A DNA stretch of 64,000 nucleotides from positions 1,488,001-1,552,000 of the forward strand of contig NW_027191411.1 of the NCBI RefSeq assembly GCF_041146345.1, given 5' to 3'. Source of the stretch: Neodothiora populina (lineage: Eukaryota). The position numbers were made by a program, and so were the translations under genes. This document shows, in pieces, positions 1 through 12,027 of the stretch (its first letter is position 1; every line of letters starts with the position of its first letter). The notes beneath the pieces are model-generated. The model was not told where the DNA came from and did not search any database. It was given only the letters and a program-made list of their open reading frames with translations.

Positions 1-1322
1 GAGGAGGCTCAACTGCAAGGTATGAACGGGGTGACGCTTCGTCGGATGACGAATTTGCCTCGGACAATTGTCTACGGCTATAGTCCGTTGCACCTTCCAG
101 AGCAGACATTCGCGTGACGCGGCCTCCAGGAAGAACGTTGAGTTGGTCATTCTGGCTCCAAGCCCCATCGTTCCGCGAAGCCATTTCTGGCGGGCCTGGT
201 TGACGAGCTTGAGATGGCTGATTGAAGACGCTGTTTGCTGGGCTTCTCTCTTGGCGTTTACGGAAGAAAACGCATCCAACGATCAACATGGCAAGAAGAA
301 GAGAGGCACCAAGTATCGAGCCAACGACGATGCCCGCTATTTGACCACCAGTAAGGCCTCGGTTACGATTGACGGGTCCTGGACCAGTCGATGTTGCCGA
401 CGAGGAAGACGAAGGTGGAGATGTAGACGACGTGAATAGAGGTACCAATGTCGATGTTGCGACGACAGGCAACACAACATTGTCGCAACGGGTCTCGGTG
501 TTGGAGAAGACACAACAAGAGTCGGTGGCGTTCGGGGAGCTGGCAGCGCAGTAGGAGCATAGGGCTCCCATGTTCGAAGAGAAGCCGCAATTGTCCTGTT
601 GATTTTCGAATCCATCGATACAGCTACCGCTCAGGGAGTCCGCAGGGAGAGCACAATTGGTGAAGTCCGCTCGTATCTGGCCAATGGCATTCTGGCCTGG
701 GCGGCCGCAATAATTACTGGCGGAGATGCTTTCCTCACTTTCTGCATATTGAGCCTGTCAAACCATTAGCACCTACAGAATCGAGACAGAATCGTGAGAG
801 CCTACGCAAGTATCTGCACACAACGGCCGCGTCGCGGAACCAGTCAGGCGGCACGGATCAATCGAGTTCTGCACAATAGCATTGCACAAGACGCTGGTCG
901 TGTATCTTGCATAGTAATTGGTGGTATTCGAACCATCGTATGCGGAACAGCCGATGAGATTCCGATACCGGACTTGGGAATAGTCATTGGCTATGTATGT
1001 CTGTATTTGCTCGTCGAAAGACGCCGTATCTGTCACATTTGAGAGGAAGGGGCTGCACATGAGATTATCAGCTTCAAGGCCTTTGCGATATGGATTCTGG
1101 AAAGACGCACAATAGACCGGTCAACGTGCTGTCTGTGGAGATTGACGAAGCGTTGAACGCAGGACACTGAGAAGAGCCTGCTAACGATACGCAATTCTGG
1201 GCCATAGCAGTTGGTATAGCGGTCATAGCGAGTAAGGTTGTCCAACGGCGACGATTGCTACCCGTCCGGGTGGTCCTTTTGTTTGATGGACGAGACACCC
1301 TTGAGCTTGGCCAATGCCGCAT
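1..1322 (-). CDS. Partial single-pass membrane protein with signal peptide, Cys-rich ectodomain, Ser/Thr stalk and TM helix; 3' end lies beyond the window start
   Basis: Hand-spliced exons 1322-1111, 1052-806 and 754-<1, with GT-AG introns 1110-1053 and 805-755. Reads MRHW...TAMAQNCVSLAGSSQCPAF...CALPADSLSGSC...CGFSSNMGALCSYC...TDSCC, then TM GIVVGSILGASLLLAMLIVGCVFF-RKR and LPGGRVTRMSALE. I recall homologues carrying C-terminal SH3 domains, but that part is not visible here. Confidence 0.8.
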
Positions 1323-3118
1323 TTGTCGGTCTCCATGCTCTTGACTACAAGGGTTGCGTAGATGTGTGATGTGTTCGCGCATTAATTGACCACAGAGCTC
1401 TGTGTCATTTCTAAGCGTATCCATGTGTGATGGAGCCAACACCACATCAAGCGATCTAGTGGACTCGGCGATAGTGGATTGAGTCCTTGGATATGTCTTC
1501 GTTTAATATACAAAATCGAATTATCGGGTCGTCCGGGTGTAGTTTATGCGATGTTGTGCGCCGTCCAATTTTCGAGGGAGCAGGCAGATTATGCGGTTAT
1601 TATTAGGTCAAGATAAAAGCATCAAAACGAAAAGAAGATCAGAAACAGGCAAGCAAGGCAAAGGAGCGTAAAGCAAGTGAGCCTTTCAATTGCCAGACAC
1701 CAACGAAATGGCGCACAGAATATGATTAAAAACAGTAGGCGCAAGGCACCGTCAAAAACTCAGACAACAATCGCGGTGAAGGATGAAGGCACGACCGGAT
1801 GGATTCCAATAGTACAGTACCTGACCTCAGACAGCCCATGCCATGCCATTCCATTGCTGGCTCATCTTTCTGGTACCAAGTCGAAAGGTAAATTTAGGGG
1901 TACTCTAAGCGAAGCCCGAACCCCGGCAGCAATCAAGAAGGATCAGTTATCAACTACAGTAGATCGACCTCTTTCGACTCTCTACCAGATATATGCATAC
2001 ATTGATTGGTCGCAGTCTGACTTGTCTGCAAGATCCTGCACAGCTTCATCTACAGACTGATACATGAAACAGAGCAGCTAAGACAACTGCTCCACGTCCC
2101 GACGCTCCCTGCACACTCAGTCTGGTCCACGTCGATTTTGGTGCAAGTCATTGTTGTGTCAATTGTCACTGCACGAAGATCCAAGGCGCTAAGGGGAAAT
2201 TGGACGGCCACACAGACCCCGAGGTTCCCTTTTGACTTCAAGCAGCTATACCATATTAGTGAAAGTGATGGATGTTGCACACACAAGTTTATCATATCTT
2301 CGAAAAGGTAGATAAGAGTGCAATCGATTCGCTATCGAGACTTGCGATGATCGCGAACATGTACGCAATGTACAGGTATAGCAGAACGAGTCACTCGGGT
2401 GCAGATGCTCTTTTGTTGTAATTACTCGTTCCACACGCCTGCAAACCGACCACAGCTTGAGGGCTGTCGGCCGCTTGCTCTTCTCTCACTGTAAGCCTGC
2501 CCTGACTCCACGCAGCGCCGGACTCCCACATACGAACGCCGCTCTGGGTCTGGACAAGACATACTTTACCTCAGCTGGGAAAGCTCAACGTTGGGTTTCC
2601 CCTCATGGACCACAGGTGCTCGTACGGAATCATCAGAATCATCGCACTGCTTGCTGTAAGGTACAGCGCCCCTTGCAATTTAGCTTTGGCCAGAAGATCG
2701 GCTTCGGACGATCATCCCGACACGGAGCGCTGATCACTCGGTGCTCCAGCCTGCCAGCTAGAACGAGTCGTAGTACCGGGGTTTGCACCACTTACAGTCG
2801 GACACTTGCTCACTTCGAATGGTCGAACACAACACTACTATAGGACATAACAAATCGTGCGCGACGCGGATCTGCAATATACCTCATCAGTGGCTTGAGG
2901 CAAGGCTGCCATCACTGCCTCACCGGAGGCTCTGCGTGTGAATCACTTGAGCCTCGGTGATCTTCCTGCAATCAAAATGAATGTACTGATGGCAGAACAG
3001 GCAATATATCGGTCCTTTCAGAAGACACTTGGTCATAGGTTTCATTCCGAGACAAGCTTGTCCGATGAGTGTGACTTCTACATAACCATTGCGCATGCGC
3101 TTTTCATGTGAACACTTT

Positions 3119-3526
3119 TCACCTGGTTGCTTCGGTAGCGGTATTGGTAGCGGAAGCTCCGACTGCACCCTTCTGAGCTGAAGCTGCTTCGGCGGCCAAT
3201 TGGTCTTCGGTCTTCTTGTTGCCATGCGAGATGAGACGGTTGAGGAAGCTGCCCGGTCTGCCCTGGGGATACTTCTCGTCCTCCTCGGCCTCCTCTATCT
3301 GTCTGTGGATGGATGTCTTAGCAATTGAGTCTTTGGAGAGCGGGTAGCGGGAAGACTTACTTGTGGAGGTGTCCAGTGGTCTCTTCGTCGATGTCTTCAT
3401 GTTCGTCGATGTTTGCTTTAACGAAGTTAGCAAATTGCTATCAATCAGGGACGCGGTGTTGGTAGACTGACCTGCCTCATCACGGTGACTAAGCTTTCTG
3501 CGGAGCTTTTCACGAACGTTCTGCAT
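3119..3526 (-). CDS. Small hydrophilic hypothetical protein (135 aa)
   Basis: ATG-started ORF with protein-like composition (MQNVREKLRRKLSHR...GRPGSFLNRLISHGNKKTEDQLAAE). No family recognised. Confidence 0.5.
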   Translation of the reverse strand: MQNVREKLRRKLSHRDEAGQSTNTASLIDSNLLTSLKQTSTNMKTSTKRPLDTSTSKSSRYPLSKDSIAKTSIHRQIEEAEEDEKYPQGRPGSFLNRLISHGNKKTEDQLAAEAASAQKGAVGASATNTATEATR

Positions 3527-4396
3527 GATGAATACGGTGTCGAAGTATTAACAGGTGGGGGTGATTCTGGTGCTTCGTTGCTGATCAATGAGCTGGTCTG
3601 TGAAGAAAGTCAGTCCATGCTCGACTGGCTCGAGTCGTTGCTGCAGAGGAAGACGATGATGATGACGACAACAGAGCCGGAGTCTTGTACAAGATGTTCA
3701 TCACTGGACAAGGCTCACATGTTCGGTTTGTATAATGAGGCTGATAGGATGCTGTAAGGTCAAAGGAAAGAAGAACTGCAATTTGCAAGGCAACGTAGAG
3801 GACAGAAGCACTACCGCTCTGGACGTGGACCAGCGATGCCCCTCATCGCAGTCTAGTGGCAAGCCATACATACCCCACATTTGGCAGCGAGTGACGCAAA
3901 TGCAAATGGGGAACAGCCTCTAGAAGCTTCACAGCTTCTGCACTTTGTTTTTGCGGCTCAGAGTCAAGGCACCTTACTCGATACGCGAGGCTTGCAATAA
4001 TAGCCTACATTATTGTGACATCAGACTGTAGCTATCTGTTCCTGTGAAGATTGCACGCAGTCTGCATGCTCCATGTTGCGCGATATAGGATTGTGATTCT
4101 CTGAGACCCGTCAGTGTCCGTACTTGGTAGGTGTCACGATCCACCTTTCCACGTTGTCTGTCTTGGGACGGGAAAGCTGAGACCAGATTTCACTTGACGC
4201 GTCTTCCCAGCCCGTCCACCTTCGCGTATCAGTATTCCCGCATCCACAAAACAGCTTCATCGAAACAGTGCTCAGTCATGCCAGCGTCATTTCCACCCCA
4301 TCGTAATGTGATGCTTCACTGAATCGAGTATCCGATGACGGCCAAAAAATAGACATCTTATCGGTATGTGATTAGCGCAGAGTAGCAAGAAACATT

Positions 4397-6637
4397 ATGC
4401 TGCACGAAGTTCTCCTCGCCCTGTCGGGACATCCATCGCCGTTATTTCCGGCTGGTATCGAGGATAAATACTCCATAGACTCGGACACCCTGTTGTTGTC
4501 CCCTTCTGAGACTGCGCAATTGGAACGTGTTGGCAAACTCGCCTTCTTGCACAGTCAGATACGCGCAAAGGCAGAGCATATCACGGCCGAGCATCCTTCG
4601 TTGATATGCAAGGTTGTGGCCTCGTCTCTGCTGCACACCCATCTCGCACGTTTCCAAAAGAACATACTCGACGTCGAGGAGAAGATCCTCACCAAAGATA
4701 CGCATATCGTAGGCGCTTACAACATCGTACCGCTTTCTGCGGTAGCGGGCGAGTTTGATCAATGGCGCCGTCGGATGGAATGGTACTGGAATCTAGTATG
4801 CTATATCCAGGGACCAAAGAGGGATGCTCCAGGCATGGGAGCGACTGGGGCGCTCTTGATCGACCACCTGCGAAATGAATCCCAGACTGGTTTTCCGGAT
4901 ATTGAAAGTGTGTCCGTTGAGCTATCGCGAATTGCCGAGAAGGTGTGGTTGAAACAACTTACGGTATGGCTGCTCTATGGTGAAATACCCAGCCACGGCG
5001 CAGGTGACTTCTTCGTCACTGTGCTTGAACACAAAGACGTCGAGGGCCCAGATGCATATAGCGCGAAACACGAGTTGCTGCCTAAATTCGTTTCTCACGT
5101 CACAACCGGCTCTTTGCTGTTCATTGGAAACTCGATACATCAGGTGAAACAGCAGCGCAAGGGGTATGGCCAGCTCTCCGCCGCCGAAAAGGCGGCAGAC
5201 ATACGTCTAGTGGCAGAACATCTCCAAGTGTTGTCGTCATTGACTCTTCCTCTGGTATCCAGCGCATTTTCCACTGCCGTCACACAAATCCGCTCTTCAT
5301 TATCACGGAAGGTGCTGCAGAAGCTCCTGCCCATCAGGGACATCGAAGTCTCCCTAAGATCACTCAGAGAATTCTTCTTGCTGGGCAGGGGAGAGTTCGC
5401 AATGGCACTCATCTGGGAAGCACATGCGCAAGTCAATGCGCGCCAGGGAGATCTCGGCCGATTTCTCCAAGACAACCCCACAAAGCATCTCCAGGGGGTT
5501 CTGATCAAAGACGGAGAAGTCAAGGAGACTCTGGAGCGCACATGGAAGATATTGAATCTGGCGCAAAGCGAAGATGTAGACGATTATGTCCTAGAATTCG
5601 CGCGTGCGAATATCCGCCTCGAGACCGTCAAGAGCGGGTCGGACATTAGACCGCCGCAGCATCTCATGGACGAGGTGATGAGCCTGGCTCAGCCCGCAGA
5701 CGTCGCCTTTGACGACTTGCTGTTCCCAGTGCGAACCTCACTTTCGATGACGATAGGGCCGCCGCTGGATCTTTTCCTGTCTCGTGCGGATGTGACGCGG
5801 TACGCGAGCATCAACGCCTACCTTGTGGCATTGAGGAGATGCCACACTCGACTTTCGGATCTGTGGAGACTATCACCAACGAGACGCGAGGAAGCAAAGG
5901 CGAGTCGAAGCGCTCGACAGCGATTGCAACGTCGCGTGGCGGCCATGCGCAAAGTGTGGGCGACGTGCAGCGCCGCGGTCTTTCTTCTCTCTGAGACCAC
6001 TGCCTATCTCGAGGGCGAAGTAATCAAAAGCTCGTGGGACGAATTCTTCCGCTGGGCAATCAAGGGGGGCACTACTACATCAGCAGAGAGCACAGCCCCG
6101 GCAGGCCACGACCCTGAAAGTCTCTCTTCTGCCCACCGACTCTATCTTTCATCTCTTACCTACAGCCTCCTCCTCACCGACCTGAAATACACACGACATC
6201 TCCGGGGGTTGTTTGCCAATATCGACCACCTCATCGCTCACTTCCATCACCTACAGCATCTCCAGAGAGCTTTGGACATGGACGCCGAGAGCGGGATAAC
6301 ATCCAAGTACGCCATCGAAGAAGAACAGAGCGTGACGCTGGAGCTAGATCGGGCTCGCAAGAGAGTCGATGGCGGGATGAAGGATGTGGTAGAGAGGTTG
6401 AGGCAGTTGGACGACGACGAAAGGTTGGGCGAAGGTCTGTTCAGGGGCCTCAAGGTGGAGGATTACGCGGGCGGAGACGGCGGTAGTGGTGGCGGTGGCA
6501 AGGGGAATGAAGGAGATGAAGAACAAGGTCTTGAGGGGACGTCTGCTGCTGCGGCGTTTGAGCCGTGGAGGGGTGGCGGGGTCGAGAGGTTGTTGATGAA
6601 ACTTGACTTCGGAAGAGTCACTTCGGATGAGGTGTGA
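4397..6637 (+). CDS. GCP4: Gamma-tubulin complex component, GCP4-type (Spc97/Spc98 family)
   Basis: Intronless 746-aa ORF. N-terminus MLHEVLLALSGHPS, WLLYG, LREFFLLGRGEFA, YASINAYL, HDPESLSSAHRLYL and C-terminal ERLLMKLDF are typical of GCP4. Confidence 0.9.
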   Translation: MLHEVLLALSGHPSPLFPAGIEDKYSIDSDTLLLSPSETAQLERVGKLAFLHSQIRAKAEHITAEHPSLICKVVASSLLHTHLARFQKNILDVEEKILTKDTHIVGAYNIVPLSAVAGEFDQWRRRMEWYWNLVCYIQGPKRDAPGMGATGALLIDHLRNESQTGFPDIESVSVELSRIAEKVWLKQLTVWLLYGEIPSHGAGDFFVTVLEHKDVEGPDAYSAKHELLPKFVSHVTTGSLLFIGNSIHQVKQQRKGYGQLSAAEKAADIRLVAEHLQVLSSLTLPLVSSAFSTAVTQIRSSLSRKVLQKLLPIRDIEVSLRSLREFFLLGRGEFAMALIWEAHAQVNARQGDLGRFLQDNPTKHLQGVLIKDGEVKETLERTWKILNLAQSEDVDDYVLEFARANIRLETVKSGSDIRPPQHLMDEVMSLAQPADVAFDDLLFPVRTSLSMTIGPPLDLFLSRADVTRYASINAYLVALRRCHTRLSDLWRLSPTRREEAKASRSARQRLQRRVAAMRKVWATCSAAVFLLSETTAYLEGEVIKSSWDEFFRWAIKGGTTTSAESTAPAGHDPESLSSAHRLYLSSLTYSLLLTDLKYTRHLRGLFANIDHLIAHFHHLQHLQRALDMDAESGITSKYAIEEEQSVTLELDRARKRVDGGMKDVVERLRQLDDDERLGEGLFRGLKVEDYAGGDGGSGGGGKGNEGDEEQGLEGTSAAAAFEPWRGGGVERLLMKLDFGRVTSDEV

Positions 6638-7004
6638 GTTTTGGCATTTTGCATGTGTTTCTCACGAAAACGGTAAGGAAAGAGGCAAGGAGTCGAAAAG
6701 TGTGTATACGTCGAGATTTTCTTGAGGTGTAGAGATGAAGACGGAGGTAAAAGAGGAAGTAGTTGCAATTTTAGGAAGGCACCTCGTTTGCCCCTCATAT
6801 TTGGCCCTTTGAGGTCTACGACTACACATACACGGCCAACAAGGTATACAATATCCGACAATAGAGGACGAGAGAGAGGAATCAAAACACTTTGACGACA
6901 CAAATATCTATACACAGTCCTCGTCCCCCCTTTTCCTCTTCTTCCTCCATTCTCCATCAATTCTCTCGATTCATTCTTTCTTTCATTTCAATATACACTT
7001 TTTT

Positions 7005-8479
7005 CTAATGAACCTGACCCTCATAATAGACCTTCCTGACGTCAACCAGCTTCCTGCCCCTAGCCCTGGCGACGTCCTCGGGCAGTCTCTGCTTCATCAG
7101 CGCCTCGTAGGTCGCCTTGACGATGTTCATGGGGTTGCGGGAGCGCGGGCAGCGCGCGGACAGGTCGGAGATGCCGGCGGCTCGGGCCATCTCGTAGATC
7201 AGGTGTTGGCAGCGGTTTCCGAAGCCTGTGGGAGTGATTAGTAATGAAGAAGACCTAGGTACACTGGTATGGACGGGATGAAGGAACAGGGAAATGGAAG
7301 AGAGAAGAAAAACTCACCGGGTGGTCTGGAGCTCAATTGCACTACGGCGGCGCCGACTTTGGCTTCGACTTCGCCGTAGATGGTCCTGTCCTCGTAGCGC
7401 GGAATGGGCTTCATATTCCTGATGGCGGAATACATGGCCTGTCGTCGTCCGTCCTCGTCTTCGGCGGCCTTGCCCTCTCCGATGCCCAGCAGGCCGTCGT
7501 TGTTGCCCGCGATGGTCAGATAGTAGAGAGATTGGATCTTGCCCATGCGGGTCTGGTTCACGACGCGGTGGGAGACGAGGTTCTTGATCCTGATCTTGCG
7601 GATCTCGTCGCGCGTCATGCCTGTTTGTCGCATCAGACGCTGCATGTGCGGGTCTTCGTCCTCGGACTCGAAGCGCACGCCCTTCTCCGTGATCTTGGGG
7701 ATGGCGGGCGCCAGCGAGTCGCTCTGGCTGTTGAGCGTGCCCTTGGGCGAGAAGAAGAAGTTGTTGGCGTCGGCGAGGAAGCGGTCCCATTCTGCAAGGG
7801 CGTCGGGCCCCTCGAAGGTCTCGGCGTAGCTTTCCAGTCTCTTCCTTCGCTCTTCGGGCGTCAGGCCGTCGCCCGGGTGGATGCCCGCCTCGGTCGACCT
7901 CCGGCGCAGCTCGGCCATGAGGTCTTCCTGTGACTGCGAGTTCTCCTTGACCTGGTCGGCCTCCTGTTTCCTGGCAATCTGTTCCGTCCAGGCGGCGAAG
8001 CGGTCGAGGATCTCGTGTTCGCTGCGCATTCGGATGTCCGGGTCAATGTCTTGGTCCGGGGCGCGCATGGGCTTGTCGATGACGGGCTTGATCTTGGACA
8101 TGTCGTCCAGGTAGGTCAGCGCGAAGGGGTCGGTGCGGTACTTGCCCTGCACGACAATGTCCTTGGGATCAATGGACTGCTCGGCGGCCTCGATGGCGCG
8201 CAGCTGGGCGGGGGTGTACCTGAGGGCCAGCAATTGCCTCTCGCGGGCCGAGTATGGCTTGAAGGCGCTGGCCGCAGAGTCGATTTTGGCATCGACGAGT
8301 CCCATGTCCACAGCTCTCACATTGGGATAGGCGGGCTTGCGGTTGGCGGCTTGCGAAGAGGTCGAGGTGGTGAAGTTGCGGCTACTGGACGACGCCTTGG
8401 GGGCCTTTGACTTGGACATTGACGGCAACGCCTTGGAGACATTGCAGAACAGGCATCTCGAAGACTTGGAGGCGCTCAT
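7005..8479 (-). CDS. MRPS5: Mitochondrial ribosomal protein uS5m
   Basis: Exons 8479-7318 and 7225-7005 (intron 7317-7226, GTGAGT...CAG). S5 motifs HRVVNQTRMGK, IAGNNDGLLGIGEGKA, PRYEDRTIYG, RPPG|FG and RSRNPMNIVKAT. Ser/Lys-rich presequence from MSASKSS. Confidence 0.93.
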
Positions 8480-9020
8480 CGTGGCTCTCTCTTTCTCTTT
8501 TATTCCGCCTCTTTGATGTCTCGTGCTGTGTCGAACCCAGAAAGACTCTAGACACCGAGCGCCGGACCGGGCAGGGCGAAGATGCACCGGTGCGAAATGC
8601 AGAGAATGAGGGAATGGAGCGCCTGACCTTTCGGGTAAGACAGCTGGGGACGGGTCGAGGCAGGCAGGGCGGCCACTGGTGATCAATTGTTTGTGGTTTA
8701 CAGCAGAAGATGGCCTCTCGATGGTGGAAGACAGCGCCAAGACTTGGAATATTCGATATATGCATCAAAGGCTGCATAAACCATGGATTGGATGCACAGA
8801 GCATGCACAAAACAGCAGAATTGCGGAGTTTGAGGCTGTCACCTCCGACATTTTATCTGGAAAATGGAAGCGACGAATCTTTATTCCCCAAAAGGGAAGC
8901 GACGAATCACTACAAAGCTCGCAGTTGCTGACCCAGAAAATATTCTTAGCTGCTGTATAATTATATCCATGATATTATTACCATCATCATCAATCACACC
9001 TCTGGCATTTCCGGCATTCA

Positions 9021-10841
9021 ATGCTGATAAACAGGTCTCTCATCCGCATCTTATCCATCACAACCCCGCGCCCCTCGCTGCGATCACTCTCACTCCCACT
9101 TTCCTCGCCCTTCCTCTCGTCTCACATCATCATGGCGGGTGGTGCCAACGGAGCTGCCAATCCTGGCCAATTCAACAAGAAGCGGCCATTCAACGAAGGC
9201 CGTCGTCATTTCAAGAAGAACAAGAAGCAGAAGAAGGAAACAACTGTCGCCGAGGGCTCAAATGAAGAAGTGCTGATTGCCGATGTCCGCGCATTGCTGG
9301 AGAAACACTCGATCAACCAAGAGCAACAAAATGGTGACAAGGTCGAGGAAGAGACGCAAGCGACAGAGCAAGAGCAAGAGGCAGAGAATAACATCAACAC
9401 CCTCCCCGAGCTCTTCACCGAGATCGAAGTCACCATCCAGGAACTCTCTTCCACCGGCGACGGTCTCGCTCTGATCCCCGACTCGACTCAGGTCGCCGTC
9501 GTGCCCTTCACTGCTCCTGGCGACACGGTCAAGATCAAGCTGGTCAAGCATCTGCAAGACTCAAACTACACCCTGACCGACTTGCTCGTCGTCGTCAAGC
9601 CTTCGGAGCACAGAGACGAGTCTCTTGTGAAGTGCCAATACTTCTCGCGATGCTCAGGCTGCCAGTTCCAGATGCTGCCTTACCAGTACCAGCTGCAGCA
9701 CAAGAGAAGGATTGTAGAGAAGGCCTACAAGAACTTCTGCAGCCTCCCCGCCGATGCCATTCCCGCAGTGGGCGACACCATGGGCTCTCCTCTGCAGTAC
9801 TCGTACCGCACCAAGTTGACTCCGCACTTCGACGGTCCTCCTGGCGGCAGACGGGACAGACGTCACGGTGTGAGGGCCGTCTTCACCGAGACCCCACCCA
9901 TTGGCTTCATGCTGAAGGGCACCCGCAAGACCATGGATATCGAGGACTGCCCCATTGGCACCGACGCCGTGAGGATGGGCATGCGCAAGGAGCGCCAACG
10001 CGTCAACGATCAGCTGGACACGTATCAGCGAGGAGCCACTCTGCTTCTCCGAGAGAGCACAGAGCGCAAGAGCAAGGACAGCGTCACACAGAACGGCGAG
10101 ACCAAGAGCGAACCTGAAGCCAACCTCGAAGTCTCATACGTGGACGAGGACCGTGGCTCGCACATTCACCGCAAGACGTGCGTCACCGACCAAAACGCCG
10201 TCTCCACCGAATACGTCGATGAATTCCGCTTCGACAATCCTGCCGGCTCTTTCTTTCAGAACAACAACTCCATCCTGCCCTCGTTCACCCAGTACATTCG
10301 CGACAACATCATCCCTGCCGACCAACCAGCCGATGCTCCTAAGATCACCAACCTCATTGATGCTTACTGCGGCAGCGGTCTCTTCACCGTCGCCTTGTCG
10401 CCTATCTTCAAGAACTCCATCGGCATAGATGTCTCTGCTTCCTCAATCAAGTTCGCTTCCACCAATGCCGCCTTGAACAACATTCCGCCCGAGAGTGCTC
10501 GTTTCCTTGCCGGCGATGCAAACAACATCTTTGCCGAGATCAAGTTCCCCGCGAATGAGACTGCCGTCGTCATCGACCCCAGCCGCAAGGGCTGCGACGA
10601 GAACTTCCTCTCTCAACTGCTCGACTACAGCCCGGAGAGAGTGTGCTATGTCAGCTGCAATGTCCACACTCAGGCCCGAGACGTCGCTGTCCTGGTCGGT
10701 GGCCTCAAGACTGCCGATGGTACTGTCAAGAAGGCGGGCATTTATGACATTGAGAGCATAAGAGGATGCGACTTCTTTCCCCAGACCGGTCATGTCGAGG
10801 GCGTTGCTTTCTTGAAAAAGAAGAAGCAGCCCACCAACTAG
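9021..10841 (+). CDS. TRM2: tRNA (uracil-54-C5)-methyltransferase, Trm2 family
   Basis: TRAM-like domain, CQYFSRCSGCQFQ, SFFQNN, SAM motif LIDAYCGSGLF, IDPSRKG, catalytic YVSCN and DFFPQTGHVE. Second in-frame ATG at 9132. Confidence 0.93.
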   Translation: MLINRSLIRILSITTPRPSLRSLSLPLSSPFLSSHIIMAGGANGAANPGQFNKKRPFNEGRRHFKKNKKQKKETTVAEGSNEEVLIADVRALLEKHSINQEQQNGDKVEEETQATEQEQEAENNINTLPELFTEIEVTIQELSSTGDGLALIPDSTQVAVVPFTAPGDTVKIKLVKHLQDSNYTLTDLLVVVKPSEHRDESLVKCQYFSRCSGCQFQMLPYQYQLQHKRRIVEKAYKNFCSLPADAIPAVGDTMGSPLQYSYRTKLTPHFDGPPGGRRDRRHGVRAVFTETPPIGFMLKGTRKTMDIEDCPIGTDAVRMGMRKERQRVNDQLDTYQRGATLLLRESTERKSKDSVTQNGETKSEPEANLEVSYVDEDRGSHIHRKTCVTDQNAVSTEYVDEFRFDNPAGSFFQNNNSILPSFTQYIRDNIIPADQPADAPKITNLIDAYCGSGLFTVALSPIFKNSIGIDVSASSIKFASTNAALNNIPPESARFLAGDANNIFAEIKFPANETAVVIDPSRKGCDENFLSQLLDYSPERVCYVSCNVHTQARDVAVLVGGLKTADGTVKKAGIYDIESIRGCDFFPQTGHVEGVAFLKKKKQPTN

Positions 10842-10979
10842 TTCGACAGCCTCGTATCAGTCCGACCATATGGAAAAGACATAACATTTATATTCAACCT
10901 GATACCCAAGCAAATCTCAAACTTATTCACCTACACATTTCGTCTTGTAAAACCAACCAAATCTGCTCCAACCCCTGCC

Positions 10980-12027
10980 TTAGGTCTGAACATAAGCCTG
11001 CAGTCGATTGCCACTGCCTCCGATGAGAGCAGTGAACATGGCACGCCCGCCACTATAATCTGCATGAATCACTGCTCTGTACCCATTCACCGCAACATCC
11101 AGCCCTCCAGGTGCCGTCAAACCCATGGTTCCCGTCACAAACATGGGTCCGTACTTTGTGTATGGCCCCTTGATGTTTGTTGCTGTGGCATACGAGACAT
11201 CGTACAGCGGTATGGCGAAACAATTGGAGCTGAAGAACAAGACATACGTTCCGTCGGGCATTTTGGTGAGACTTGGTGCTTCAACCACAGGACCATCTGC
11301 CGGGTCGTTGACGATCAGAGGCGAGCTGGGGTTGCCGATCTTGGTGAATCCGTCTTTGGTGTTGACTTGCTGAATGAGAATCGGCGTTTTGACAATGGGA
11401 GCCTTGCCGTTGTTGCATATTCCACCGTGCCCAATTGCGTTGCCATCCACCTTGTACACCACCCATCGAGTCTTGTCCTTGGGATCCTCGTACCCAGCTG
11501 GGTCGATGGCACCGCCCTGCGCTGTAGGGCATACCCAAGCATTGTTCATATCAGTCGGCACAAAGGGTCCATACATGCTGCCCGACGTCGCAACACCCAA
11601 GCAATGGAGATTAGACTGCGACTTGAGCGCCGCAGTGTAATACATGACAAAGGCACCACTGGGGAGCTGCACCACATCTGGCGCCCACACCCGGGGATTA
11701 GCTGCATCGATCCACTTTGGCAGCGTGGGCAGCGCATCGTGCTGGCCTAAGAACGTCCAGTGCTTGAAATCTCCCAGCGACTGCGCCATCTGTATGTGCA
11801 CCGTCTTGCCGCTTACTTTGCCGTTGGTCGCATAGGCGTAGTAGTCGTCTCCAACTCGAAGCAGACTTGGGGTCAGGGAAGTTTTGCCCGTTCATGACGG
11901 GCTTGAGCACGAAGCCACGCCTTTCGATGTGCGTTTCGTTTAGAGCAGCAGCGGCAGCAGTGGTCGTTGCGATCGCTGCTACAGTGAGTGCTGCGAGTAT
12001 CATTCTTAAACTCATCTTTGACAGCAT
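10980..12027 (-). pseudogene. Secreted glycoside hydrolase family 43 (arabinanase/xylosidase-like) interrupted by a 1-nt frameshift (true pseudogene or assembly error)
   Basis: Signal peptide and NFPDP lie in one frame. SLLRVGDDYYAYATNG...WAPDV...AIDPA...VVEAPSL...APGG lie in another. The junction TTC CCT GAC CCC AAGT CTG has one extra C (G-run 11869-11872) and no intron. Confidence 0.8.

Noticed and set aside
8480..8740. 87-codon upstream extension of the MRPS5 ORF
   Set aside because: Starts at a non-ATG codon in the promoter/UTR. MSASKSS at 8479 already gives a good presequence.
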